A stretch of DNA of 64,000 nucleotides from an uncultured Spirochaetota bacterium (GTDB lineage: Bacteria; Spirochaetota; Spirochaetia; SZUA-6; Fen-1364). The stretch spans positions 1,440,001-1,504,000 of the forward strand of contig CAWAHW010000002.1 in NCBI GenBank assembly GCA_963781885.1, read 5' to 3'. Each line of letters opens with the position of its first letter. Within the stretch, counting starts at the first letter, position 1. The notes beneath the pieces were generated by a model, which was not told where the DNA came from, did no database searches, and saw only the letters and a list, made by a program, of their open reading frames with translations. A program made the position numbers and the translations under genes. Positions 51,145-61,948 of this stretch are shown one piece after another.

Positions 51145-51274
51145 GGATGTGCGCCGCTTGGGCGCGCTCGCCCTTCCGCCGTCTGCTTCGCAGCCGGCTA
51201 CGGGCTTCGCACGCTGCCTTCGGCGTTTCCTTCGGAAACGCCTGCGGGCTGCGTTTCGCATTGGCGAAACGCTC

Positions 51275-51622
51275 GGGGGTGTAACGGTCTCGACTGGGGT
51301 CGGTTCGGCCCTGGGCTGCAGGTGGAGCGCCAGTCTCCTAAAAATGGCAAAAAAACAACTGCCAACAACGCAGATTACGCACTCGCCGCTTAGTTGCGAC
51401 GACGGGTCCCTGGAGCGTGGTACCGAGCATCCGGGGGGGCCTGTAACAAACCGGGACTCACCTGACCGCATGCCTGTGGGCGGCTAGGGAAAACAAAGCA
51501 GGCTCTGGCGATGAGCGGGATGCCGCCTCCCACACTCACCGCCGAGGCTTCAACGCGCGGATAAACCTGTAGACGTTCTTGGCTAACACTCTAGGACGCG
51601 GGTTCAACTCCCGCCACCTCCA
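51275..51622 (+). ncRNA. ssrA: tmRNA; tag (A)ANNADYALAA at 51361-51393; CCA not encoded
   Basis: GGGGGTG/CACCTCC acceptor stem with G3.U, T-arm GCGGGTTCAACTCCCGC, tag ending ALAA-stop, downstream of smpB. Confidence 0.95.
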
Positions 51623-51836
51623 CGAGCGTGTTTTTTGTAAAGTAGAAAGTTAATTATCTTGCGATTGCGGCCATGGCTCATCGGGCAGCCGCTCGAAGCC
51701 ATGGCCAGAAGAAAAGGCGCATTCTCTGCCTACTTTTGCGTCACGCCTTGTCATGGCAAGAAAACGGCCGGCAAACGTGTTGTGCTCAATTGAAAAGCTT
51801 CTGATAGCAGATTCCCGCCCCAGGTCGGGAGGCCAC

Positions 51837-54800
51837 ATGTACGCGCGCTTTCATGTTCTTCTGCTTTTCCTTGTCGCCGCCGGTGTGAGCGCTCAGACGC
51901 CCGCGACGCTTCGCCTTTTCAATGCCGTTGACGGAGGCACGCTCGCCGAAGTACAGGCCGCGATCCTCCAGGGCGCCGACGTCAATGCACATCGCGCGGG
52001 CGATGGATTGAGCTCTTTGTTCATTGCCGCCGGCAGCACCGACGATCCCCTCATCATCACGGCGCTCCTGAAGGCAAAGGCAAATGTCGCCGAGCGACTG
52101 TTTCCTTCACGGTCCTACTCCCCTGATGTTCGCCGCGGGCGGCAACCCGCATGCACGCATCATCTCGACGCTCCTCGCCACAGGCCTCAAGCTGGAGGAC
52201 GCGGACGCGGATGGCTACACGCCGCTGTATCGCGCGGCCCGCTTCAATGCCGCGTTGGAGGTGACGAAGGCACTCCTTGCCGCGGGCGCCCGGGTTGAAG
52301 GATCAGCAAAGGCTCCTGAGACCCCCCTGATGGGCGCCCTCTTGAACAACAACCCCGACGTCGCCGCCACGCTGCTGGCCGCCGGCGCGCACTTCGACCC
52401 CCGGCAGGTATCAGGAGGCACGGTGCTTCTCGGTGTCTTGCGCACGGCAGTGCGTCCTTCCGTGCTCAAAGCCCTGATCGTCGCGGGGGCGGACGCGAAA
52501 GCCATCGACGATGATGGCTCCACGACCCTGATGATTGCTGCCGCCTCCGGCTCCGGGCCGGAGGCGATCCGCATTCTTGTCGGCGCAGGCGCTGCGGCGA
52601 ACGCGACGAATGCCGACGGAGTGACCGCGTTGATGCTTTGCGGGATTTCCTACCAGGCATCAGACGAAACGGTCCAGGCCCTCGTTGCCGCCGGGGCAGA
52701 CGTGAACGCAGTCACCCCGGATGGGCTCACGCCCCTCATGTTCGCGCTGGAAGACTCTGCCAGGATCGACCTCGTCCAGGCCCTTCTCGCCGCGGGCGCG
52801 AGGCCGGGCGATGCAGACAAGGACGGCATGACCGCCCTGATGCGTGCTGCCCGTGACAACGCCACCGACGCGATCGACGCCCTGCTGCACGCGGGGGCGG
52901 ACAAGGAGGCGCGGGACAAGGACGGCGACACGGCGCTTCTTTGGTCCCTCCGGGAAAGACCCTCCCTGGAAGCGGCAAGGGCCCTTCTGCAGGGAGGTGC
53001 CCGGGCCGACGTGTCCGCAAATGACGGACGGACCGTCCTCATGGAGGCTGTCCGATTCGACATGCCGGACGATGACATTCTCTCCACGCTGCTCGCCGCC
53101 GGTGCGGCTATTGAGGCGCGCGACAATAACGGCGAAACCGCGCTCATGGAAGCCGCACGAACGTATTCCGTGTCGGCGATTGCGCGCCTCCTTGCAGCCG
53201 GTGCCAAAGTGGCGGACCAGGACGTCAACGGCCGTACTGCCCTGCACTTCCTCGCCGCGGCAGAGACCGAGGCGCTGGACCGAGGCAATTCCGGTGATGC
53301 GCAGGAAGGCTACGACGCGCTGCTCCAGGCGGGCGCGGACCCTCAGCTCAAAGATCGTGAAGGCAAGACAGCGCTCGACCTTGCGCCCCCGGGAGGAGCT
53401 CTTTCCCAGTTGCTTGAGGCCCGCAGTCAGAAAATCCTCGATGCGTTCAAGGACCAGATTCTCTATGGGACCGCCGAAAGCGTGGATCAAGCGCTTCGTG
53501 ACGGAGCCAGCGCCACGAAGCTGCTCGACAACGGCCAGTCTCCACTAGGCTTTTCTGCGGAATCGGCGTCCGACCCCGGAGTCCTTGCTGTTCTTGTTGC
53601 ACACGGTGCGGACCCGAACGGCGAGGACGCGCAGGGGAACACGCCCTTGTTCCTCGCGTTTCACAGCCGTCATCGGCTGGAGATGTTGCGCGCCCTGATC
53701 GGTCTCGGCGCCGACGTCAACAGGAAAAACAAGGCAGGGGACACGGTCATCTCCTATTCGCTGGGTCAGGGCCCTGTCGAGGAGCTTCGGCTCCTTCTCT
53801 CGGCGCACTTGGACATCGATCTGCCCGACCACGATGGGGTAACCCCGCTGATGCAGGCATTCCGCTGGGGTCGAAAATCGGACATCATCCAGGTCCTGCT
53901 CGATGCCCACCCGTCGATCGATGCGCGCGATCACTACGGGAGAACGGCGCTCATGGCCGCCGTTTCCGCTCACAACCTGTTCGGCGTCCGGAACCTGCTT
54001 GACGCCGGCGCACGGGCAGAGGACCTCGACTCATCCGGGTGGAGCCCGCTCATGATGCTCGGACAGGTCGAAGGGCAGGACGTGCTGGATATCATCGCGC
54101 TGCTTCTCTCCCACGGCGCGCGGGCAGGCGATCGTGATCCCACGGGCCGTACGGCTCTCCATCACTGGATGGACAGGGATCCTCCGACGACCGCGGCAGT
54201 AGCCTTGCTGCTTGCCGGCGGCATCGACGTCGAGGCGCGCGACCCCGACGGCATGACGCCGCTCATGCTGGCATGCCATCTCTCGAGCGCCGATCTCGTC
54301 CGGCAGCTCATCGCCGCGGGCGCGCGGGTGACGGACCGCAACAACGCGGGCGACGCGCCTCTGTTCATCGCGCTCACGGGGCAGTGGGACGCCGCGGATG
54401 TTATTGGAGCCCTGCTCGACGGAGGCGCATCGCCCAATGACAGGGACAAGGACAGGGTGTCGGCCATATTCGCGGCCATCAAAGCGAGGTCGCGCAGCGC
54501 GGTAAAGGTTCTCGTTTACCGCGGCGCCGACCTCCGCGCCCGCGATTCCCAGGGCGCGACGCCCTTGATCGCGGCAATGGATTGGATGCTCGATACCGGG
54601 GTCGTGAGCGTCCTGCTTGCCGCAGGCGCCGACATCAACGCGCAGGACGCGCAAGGCTGCACGGCCCTCATGCGCGCAGGAGAACGCGCCCCGGGGAGTG
54701 ACGAGGCATCGAATGTCGCCTCGTTCCTTTTCAAGGCCGGCGCCGATCCGCGGATTCGTGACGTTGAGGGACGGACCGTCCTGCACCTGGCCGCCTCCTC

Positions 54801-56760
54801 CCGCGACGACCGTGAGGACCCGGCCGTGCTTCTTGCGATGATCGCGGCGGGCCTCGGTGTCAACGACCGTGACGCGCACGGCATGACCCCTCTCATGTAC
54901 GCCGCGGGCGCGACGCAGCGGCCCGGTGTCATTTCGGCGCTACTGGGGGCAGGAGCGAACGCGGCACTGCAAAGCAACGACGGCCGCAGCGCATTCGCCT
55001 ACGCCAGTGGCAATATCCGTCTCAAGAGCGCCTCACCGTCCGAGTATGAAAAGCTGGACAAGGGCCGAAAGTCTGCCGTAAAACCAGTGATCACGGCCTC
55101 TGCATCGACGCCATACCCCGGCTCGTTCTTTCTTGGATCGGCATACGATCAGGACCAGGACACGACCAGGGTGGCGGCTGCGAGCTCGGTGCTTCGCATC
55201 GAACGCGGAGACATGATCCTGGCAGGCGCCGCCTATTGGTCGGGCCACCAGGGGGACGCCCACACCGATCCGAAGGATGCGCAATACATCGCGCGTGTCG
55301 ACGCCCATGGAAAGATTGTGTGGCAGAGGGAAATCGGCGCGGAAGTGGAAGAGGCGGTATTCCCTTCCGTTGTCGGCGGGCTCAACGGCACATTCTACCA
55401 TCTTGGACGCCGCGAAAAAAGGAGCACGACATTCGACGGCAGGGACACTTATAGCATTATGGTCTCCCGGTGGAGTGAGAACGGGACGTCGCTTTGGACG
55501 AAAAACCTCACGCAGGAAGGAATGTTTCAGTATCCCATCAGTGCGGCGGCTCCAACGCGGTCGGGCGATCTGCTCATCGCCTCTCCCCGCAGCCGCAATG
55601 GGTCTGTTTCGCTCACAGTATGGCGCATCACACCCGATGGGACCATCGCGTGGCAGCGGGACTTCCAGGGCGTGGCCCGCGGCAGCTTTGACGTCGATCG
55701 CATCCTGGAGCTTGCCGACGGGTCCATCCTGCTCGCCGGTTCTACGTCGCGAGACGGCGGAGCACGCGGCGCGTTCCTTGCCTGTCTCGATGCGGGAGGC
55801 GCACTGAAATGGTCGCGCGGATTCACCTGCGCGTCCGACACGCTTCGCGACAACCCTCACTGGAGCGTGATGGGATTGCGAGAGGTTGACGGATCAATCC
55901 TTGCTATCATGACCAAAGACAGCACCCTGCTTCTTGCCCGCTACGCGCCGGACGGCACGCTGCTTCGAGTGGCGGCATGGGACGCCGGCAAGTCGAGCCT
56001 CGGGCGCGTCGAAGTGCAGGGTACGCCCGGGGGAGGATTGATGGCCATTGTCGCCACAAGCAGGTCTTTTTACAAATGGAAGGAATCGCTCGCGCACCTG
56101 AGCTTCGACCGCGACTTGCGCCTCACGGCAACGGCCGGTTTCGAATGCGCCTTCGGGCTTTCTCCGGTGAGCATCGCGATTGATGGCAGCCAGGAAAATG
56201 TCGTTGCGAACGTGTTCGCGAGGTGCTACACGGACAATCCGGGCTCTTGTCCCTTTGGAGTCGTCATCTTCACTCTCCCGCCGGAACATTCGCCTGTCGC
56301 TCCCGTGACATTTACGCCTTCTCCGGCAGAATGGCCAGTCTTTCAGGATGTCCTTCAGCCGGTGACGACGCCCGACATGCCGGCAGCCATTTTGCAGGCA
56401 GAAAATGACTCCTGGCCGAACGGGTCCCTTGTTTCCTACGCCACGGTGCCGTGGACTGCCGGCTTCAGCGGCCTCCAATGGCTTGTCAGTCACGGCCTGA
56501 CTGACGAGCGCAATCAGAATGCAACCCGGACGTACGTCACAATGGCAGAGTCGGAAGTGCCCGTCCGATCCGCTCCGCGCGCGGACGCCCCCGTGATTGC
56601 AAAGCTTTCCGGAGGGAAGAATACATCGGTGCCGCTGCAGAACATGGGAAGCATGAGCGACCACGTCGGTGACGTGGACGCGCCCTGGTACAGGGTTCCC
56701 GTGGGCCGTCTCGTCGGTTGGGTTTTCGGCGCGTATGTCACCGAGTGGGGAACTTATTGA
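51837..56760 (+). CDS. Giant exported ankyrin-repeat protein (~30 repeats) with beta-propeller-like and SH3b-like C-terminal domains; +1 indel at ~52105
   Basis: GGAGG RBS, signal peptide, repeated TPLM/TALM..GAD motifs, W-x-R/K propeller blades, VRSAP..WYRV..GWVFG.YV. Confidence 0.82.
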
Positions 56761-56926
56761 GACTGGCGCACAAGAAGGCGTGACGTTCGGCCTGTACACG
56801 CCTTTCATTCTTGCAATCTTGATTTCCGGGCGGTGGGGCGCAATAGGAGTCGCCACTGCCCGCAGGAGATGAGGTCTCTCGGCAAAAAATAAAACTTGCT
56901 CCCGGCGGTCTCACATGACTACATTC

Positions 56927-56960
56927 CCTTGATATATAGACATATCTCTATATAACAAGG
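56927..56960. promoter_or_regulatory. AT-rich 34-bp inverted repeat overlapping lipoprotein RBS
   Basis: CCTTGaTATATAGA-catatc-TCTATATAaCAAGG. Confidence 0.5.
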
Positions 56961-56969
56961 AGGGATTAT

Positions 56970-57335
56970 ATGAGACTGAATAAGAGAGCAAGGATCATCG
57001 CGATTCTTGTTGTCGCGTTCGTCCTCGTTTCCGCCTGCAGCGTCCTCTGGGATGTGTTTCCGCCGGATATCTCAGGCACATGGAACTTCACATTCACGTG
57101 GCCGAACAGCTCGCCGGGCAGCGCGACATGGGTGTTGGCGAGTGGCGGCACCTTCACGGACCCCAATGAAGGCGGCAACGGCACATGGGTGCTGAACTCG
57201 AACAAATTCACGCTCACCTACACCGTCAATGGAAATGCCATCTATTCCGGCACGCTGGCCGACTCGGCAACAACCATGTCAGGCACCATGACGTCCGGCG
57301 GCAGTACAGGTACGTGGACTGCATCCAAGCAATAG
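56970..57335 (+). CDS. Small beta-rich lipoprotein
   Basis: Lipobox LVSA-C, ISGTW / GTWTA strands, AAGGAGG RBS. Confidence 0.75.
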   Translation: MRLNKRARIIAILVVAFVLVSACSVLWDVFPPDISGTWNFTFTWPNSSPGSATWVLASGGTFTDPNEGGNGTWVLNSNKFTLTYTVNGNAIYSGTLADSATTMSGTMTSGGSTGTWTASKQ

Positions 57336-57372
57336 GCACCTGACCGTCCTTGAATTGTCTATTCGGCTGACG

Positions 57373-57400
57373 GAGAGGCCGCCTTTTTCGGCGGCCTCTC
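57373..57400 (+). terminator. GC-rich hairpin, probable terminator
   Basis: GAGAGGCCGCC / GGCGGCCTCTC 11-bp stem after the lipoprotein stop; no U-tract. Confidence 0.5.
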
Positions 57401-57541
57401 TGACCCGCGATGCATGTATCTTCGTATTGCGATGTCAGCCGCATGACGTTTTGCCTTGAATGCCGTCTTGATTTCTCATCCGCCTTGTAGGACATTGTAT
57501 CCAGAGAGTGGAGGCGCAAGGATGCGCCGGGAGGTGGGTAT

Positions 57542-57805
57542 ATGATCGACCCAATCCGATCCAGCGGTGTGCAGGTGACCAAGATCGCGACGCCGAGCGC
57601 CGCGCCGGTAAAGGCTCCGGACCAGTTCACAACGACGCCCGTGCGGGCGGACGTTCCGACGGGCGACACGGTTCAGCTTTCCTACGCGGCGCAGGCCCTC
57701 GCTCTGCGGCAGCAGGGATTGAGCATTCCCGAGATCGCGATGCAGCTCAAGCTTGACATCAAGACCGTGACCAGCTATTTCCCCGAATCGGCGCCGCCTG
57801 CCTGA
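57542..57805 (+). CDS. Small protein with FlgM-like DxVxLS motif and C-terminal HTH-like segment (paralogue 1)
   Basis: GGAGG RBS; DTVQLSYAAQALALRQQGLSIPEIAMQLKLDIKTV. Confidence 0.7.
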   Translation: MIDPIRSSGVQVTKIATPSAAPVKAPDQFTTTPVRADVPTGDTVQLSYAAQALALRQQGLSIPEIAMQLKLDIKTVTSYFPESAPPA

Positions 57806-57918
57806 ACGTCTCCTTTTCCTTCAGCGCCGCGCGCGCAGACTGGCGGAGGCCCTCTTCTTATTACGCCCGCTGCTTCCGATAATAAGCCAGGCGCGTGAAT
57901 GCGCCTGGAGGAACGCAA

Positions 57919-58182
57919 ATGGTCAATCCCATTTCTTCAAATAACGCCGCGATGAACAAGCCCGCCGATATCGCGCAGATCGATCCGAGCACGAAGCTTG
58001 GGGCCGCTCCGGCAAAAGCCGTCCTATCGAACGCGGACGTGGTCTCACTTTCCGACTCGGCCCAGGCCAAGCTGCTCAAGCAGGAGGGTCTGAGCGTTTC
58101 CGAGATCGCGTTGAAGCTCGGGCTCGACGTCAAAACCGTTTCAAGCTTTATTCCTTCGGTCGACATCAAGGAAACCTCTTGA
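57919..58182 (+). CDS. Small protein with FlgM-like DxVxLS motif and C-terminal HTH-like segment (paralogue 2)
   Basis: GGAGG RBS; DVVSLSDSAQAKLLKQEGLSVSEIALKLGLDVKTV. Confidence 0.7.
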   Translation: MVNPISSNNAAMNKPADIAQIDPSTKLGAAPAKAVLSNADVVSLSDSAQAKLLKQEGLSVSEIALKLGLDVKTVSSFIPSVDIKETS

Positions 58183-58207
58183 AGCGCTGAGCCGCGCCTC
58201 TGACGAA

Positions 58208-58232
58208 TCGGCGCGCGTCTCCTGCGCGCCGA
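58208..58232. terminator. Hairpin between convergent genes
   Basis: TCGGCGCGC / GCGCGCCGA 9-bp stem. Confidence 0.4.
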
Positions 58233-58243
58233 CTCCTCCTCCG

Positions 58244-59092
58244 TCACCTTGCGATCGTTGGGTACAGGATCGATCCGACCGACACCAGCACCGCTGTGGC
58301 AAGAGCAAGGATCAAGAAATCTACCCCCACCCCGTAGGAGCTCACCCCTCCTGACAACATGAGCGTGCGCAAGGCGTCCACCTGGTAGGTGAGCGGATTG
58401 GCATGGGAAACGATCTGCAGCCAGCGCGGCATGATCGATATGGGATAGATCGCGTTGCTTGCAAAGAAAAGGGGCATCGTGAGGATCTGCCCGATTCCCA
58501 TGAAGCGCTCCCGGGTCTTTACCAGGCATGCGATCACCAGGGAAAACGTGGAGAAGAATGCCGCCCCCAGCATTACGGCCAGGATCACGCCCAGCAGGGC
58601 CAGGGGGTTCCAGTCCATGCTCACACCGAGGAGCAGGGCGAGGAGATAGACGATGATCCCCTGCGACAGGCCCCGCAGGCCGGCCGATATCGCCTTTCCC
58701 AGGACGAGCGCGGATCGCGGCGTCGGGCTCACGAGGAACTTGTGCAGGATGCCGAGGTCACGCTCCCAGATGATCGAGATGCCGTAGAAGATCGCGATGA
58801 AGAGCACGCTCTGGGAGAGGATTCCCGGCGCCATGAAATCGATGTAGCGCATCGTGCCGGTCGGTATCGCGCGGATGCGCGTGAACACCTGGCCGAATAT
58901 CAGGAGCCAGAGTGCAGGCTGCACGGCGCGCGTGAGGAGCTCCGTCGGGTCGTGAAGAAGCTTCCGCGCCTCCATGCCGGCGATTGTGAGCGTCCTGCCG
59001 AAATAGCGCCGCATGAAAATGAATGGGTTGTCCGGCCCCGGCAGTGCGTCAGCCGAGCCTTCGTACAGATCTGCGCGTCCGTCGCGTCTCAC
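58244..59092 (-). CDS. ABC-2 (DrrB-like) exporter permease
   Basis: FMAPGI, WERDLG, LVSPTPR, PLTYQVDALR; start uncertain. Confidence 0.88.
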   Translation of the reverse strand: MRRDGRADLYEGSADALPGPDNPFIFMRRYFGRTLTIAGMEARKLLHDPTELLTRAVQPALWLLIFGQVFTRIRAIPTGTMRYIDFMAPGILSQSVLFIAIFYGISIIWERDLGILHKFLVSPTPRSALVLGKAISAGLRGLSQGIIVYLLALLLGVSMDWNPLALLGVILAVMLGAAFFSTFSLVIACLVKTRERFMGIGQILTMPLFFASNAIYPISIMPRWLQIVSHANPLTYQVDALRTLMLSGGVSSYGVGVDFLILALATAVLVSVGSILYPTIAR

Positions 59093-59846
59093 GATAGGTT
59101 CCTCCCGATTCCAGCTCGCTTCCCGTGTAGTGAATAAAGACGTCATCAAGCGTCGCTCCGCGCCTGCCGATCGTCGATTTCAGCTTCCGCGGCGTGCCCA
59201 GGGCAACAAGATTGCCCTGGTGCATGATCGCCACCCTGTCGCACAGCGCATCGGCTTCCTCCATCTGGTGCGTCGTGAGAACGACGGTCGCGCCGGTCCG
59301 CTTCCGCAGCTCCTCGATATGCCCCCACACGGCGCGGCGCGCGGCAGGATCCAGGCCGACGGTCGGCTCATCCAGAAAAAGCACGCGCGGGCTGTGGATC
59401 ATGGACTGCGCGATCTCCAGCCTGCGGATCATGCCGCCCGAATACTGCCGTACGAGCTTGTCCGCGGCATCCCCGAGCCCCATGAAGGCGAGCGCTTCAT
59501 CGACGACGCGACGCTGCGCGCGCCGCGGCACGTCGTAGAGCCTCGCGAAGACGAGCAGATTTTCCCTGCCCGTCAACGTCCCGTCCGCGGAGAGCATCTG
59601 CGGGACGTACCCGATGATGCGCCGCACGGCGCCGGCATGGCGCACGATGTCCAGGCCGCCCACGCGCGCGCTCCCCGCGGTTGGTGGCAGGAGCGTCGTG
59701 AGCATCTTGATCGTCGTGCTCTTGCCGGCACCATTGGGCCCCAGCAGGGCAAACATTTCGCCCTGCTCGATCTCCAGGCTGAGGGCATTGACGGCAACGA
59801 GCGCGGAAAACCTGCGCGTCAGTCCATTCAATTCGAGTATTGGCAC
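59049..59846 (-). CDS. ABC exporter ATPase (DrrA-like)
   Basis: GPNGAGKST, YSGGM, LFLDEPTVGLD, TTHQMEEA. Confidence 0.93.
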   Translation of the reverse strand: MPILELNGLTRRFSALVAVNALSLEIEQGEMFALLGPNGAGKSTTIKMLTTLLPPTAGSARVGGLDIVRHAGAVRRIIGYVPQMLSADGTLTGRENLLVFARLYDVPRRAQRRVVDEALAFMGLGDAADKLVRQYSGGMIRRLEIAQSMIHSPRVLFLDEPTVGLDPAARRAVWGHIEELRKRTGATVVLTTHQMEEADALCDRVAIMHQGNLVALGTPRKLKSTIGRRGATLDDVFIHYTGSELESGGTYRETRRTRRSVRRLG

Positions 59847-59898
59847 GGAAGCGGGTCCTCCCACCTGATTATGAGATACTCAAAATCCAGCAGACGCA

Positions 59899-60336
59899 TC
59901 AATCCCGCCAGGCATCCGGCAGCAGCGCCACGGCGCGCCGGAGGATGCTCGTGAGCGCGGCTGTCTCATCCTTGGTCAGGGAGCCGAGCATCACGCGCAG
60001 GGTGCGATTGCGGGACCGTCGGCTCCTGTCCAGCGCGGCCTTTCCGGCAGCGCTTGCCACGAGAGCGGCGGACCTCCCGTCCTCAGGGGACCGGGTGCGC
60101 GTGATCAGGCCGCGGTCGACGAGCTGATCGACGATCTTCGTGATGGCAGCCGGCGTGACGCGAAGCTGCGCCGCAAGCTCCCCCGCGCGCGCGGCCTGCT
60201 CAGAGGACCGCTTCAGCACCTGCATCTGCATGAGGCTCAAGCCGCTGAATCCCTTTTCCCGCACGGAGCTCCAGACCTGCCGCGCGAGCTGCAGGAGGAG
60301 CCTATCCAGCTCGTCCAGATCAGGATTCGAGGCCAT
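59899..60336 (-). CDS. MarR-family regulator
   Basis: ELAAQLRVTPAAITKIVDQLVDRGLI..DGR winged helix. Confidence 0.9.
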   Translation of the reverse strand: MASNPDLDELDRLLLQLARQVWSSVREKGFSGLSLMQMQVLKRSSEQAARAGELAAQLRVTPAAITKIVDQLVDRGLITRTRSPEDGRSAALVASAAGKAALDRSRRSRNRTLRVMLGSLTKDETAALTSILRRAVALLPDAWRD

Positions 60337-61948
60337 CGGCGTTCTTCCGTGACGGTTCCTGGTAGAACTCGTCCCGCTTCAGCGCGATCTCTTTCAGCAG
60401 CAGCGCCGACACGAGCGTGAGCGCGGCGAAAATGAGGCCGAAAAGGAAAAGCCGCTGCACGCCCTGCGCGAGCGAGGCTCTCACGCCCTGGATGAACCGC
60501 CCGTAGAGCGTCTCACCGACGGTGCCATAGCGGGCGAACATCAGCTTCAGGGCATTCTGCGCCTTTGAATCGATCAGCGCCTGAGGGTTCGCCACCACGC
60601 TCTTCATGGAGTCCGGCATTTTGTCCATCGCCGCAACAAGCTGCGACGGCAGCTCCTTTTTCAGGGCGGTGTTGAACGTGTTCGACAGGATGGTGCCGAA
60701 TATGGGCGACGCGATGATGCCTCCCAGCGAGGTGACAAATTGCTGCGTCGAGTTGACGACGCCCATCTGCGAATAGGGAAAGGCGTTCTGGATCACCACG
60801 TTTGCCAGCGGCATGACGGCTCCCATGGCCAGTCCGACGACCATCATGTTGCGCACGACGATCCCCCACGTGGTGAGCACGTCCATTCGCTGGAGCAGGA
60901 AGACCCCGAGCAGCATGACGGCGGAGCCGATGATCGCCTGGAGCTTGTACCTGCCCAGCCGGCTCACGAGGATGCCGCCGATCGTGCTCCCGACGATGAA
61001 GCTCAGCATCATGGGGGTGAGCAAGGCTCCCGAGTTCGTCGCCGACAGCCCGACGACACCCTGGACGAAGATCGGCAGGAACATGAGCCCGGCGTACATC
61101 CCCACGGAGAGAAAGAAGCTCATCAGCACCGTCGTCGTGAAGATGCGGTTGCGAAACAGGTTCGGGTTGAGAATCGGCTCGGCGGCGCGCCGCTCGACGA
61201 AGACAAAGACGACGATCACCACGATCCCGGCCGCAAAGAGCGTGAGGATCTGCGGCGATCCCCATCCGTACTTGCTGCCGGCCCACGTGAAGCCCAGAAG
61301 CAGGGGGATGAGCCCCGCCATCAGGGTGGCGCTTCCGAACCAGTCGATGCGATGCTTCGTCGCCGTGCGCACGTTCGGCAGGGCGACCGCGACGGCGACA
61401 AAGGCCAGAAACGCCACGGGAAGGTTGATGTAGAATATCCATCGCCAACCCAGCGTGTCGGTGAGCCAGCCCCCAAGGTAGGGCCCGATGATCGCCGATA
61501 CCCCGAAAACCGCGTTCAGGAGCCCTATCCAGTTGCCGCGCTCCTTGGGATTGAAGATGTCTCCCACGGTGGCCCGGGGCATGCTCATCATGCCGCCGCC
61601 GCCGATTCCCTGGAGGGCGCGCGCCGCGATCAGCCATTCCATGGAGCGGGACAAGCCTGCGAGAGCCGAGCCTGCGATGAAGACCGCAAGCCCGAACAGG
61701 TAGAAGGGCTTGCGCCCATAGACGTCCGAGAGCTTACCGTAGAGAGGCACGGTGATCGCGGAGGTCATCATGTAGGCGGTGAAGACCCAGGCGTAACTTG
61801 CAAGACCGTTCAGCTCGCCGATGATGGTCGGCAGGGCGGTCGTGACGACGGTCTGGTCGAGGGAGGAAAAAAACATCGTGACCATGACGGCCGACAGGGC
61901 AAGCCATCGCCGTTGTCCCGTGATCTGGTTGGTTGCCTGGTAGATCAT
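60320..61948 (-). CDS. DHA2 (14-TM) MFS efflux transporter
   Basis: LDQTVV, GKLSDVYGRK, RALQGIGGG, WRWIFYINLP. Confidence 0.93.
   Translation of the reverse strand: MIYQATNQITGQRRWLALSAVMVTMFFSSLDQTVVTTALPTIIGELNGLASYAWVFTAYMMTSAITVPLYGKLSDVYGRKPFYLFGLAVFIAGSALAGLSRSMEWLIAARALQGIGGGGMMSMPRATVGDIFNPKERGNWIGLLNAVFGVSAIIGPYLGGWLTDTLGWRWIFYINLPVAFLAFVAVAVALPNVRTATKHRIDWFGSATLMAGLIPLLLGFTWAGSKYGWGSPQILTLFAAGIVVIVVFVFVERRAAEPILNPNLFRNRIFTTTVLMSFFLSVGMYAGLMFLPIFVQGVVGLSATNSGALLTPMMLSFIVGSTIGGILVSRLGRYKLQAIIGSAVMLLGVFLLQRMDVLTTWGIVVRNMMVVGLAMGAVMPLANVVIQNAFPYSQMGVVNSTQQFVTSLGGIIASPIFGTILSNTFNTALKKELPSQLVAAMDKMPDSMKSVVANPQALIDSKAQNALKLMFARYGTVGETLYGRFIQGVRASLAQGVQRLFLFGLIFAALTLVSALLLKEIALKRDEFYQEPSRKNADGLES

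Noticed and set aside
51149-51487. 112-aa ORF after smpB
   Set aside because: Runs across the hairpin cluster and tmRNA; not a plausible protein.
11001-52110. Programmed frameshifting or pseudogenisation of lptF, truB, tamB, queA, lepB2, PEGA-FGE, ankyrin and methyltransferase genes
   Set aside because: About ten single-base indels, mostly in short homopolymers (CCCGG, GGGGGG, CCCTTTC), in otherwise intact conserved genes with no nonsense decay; most simply long-read consensus error. Read pileups would settle it.
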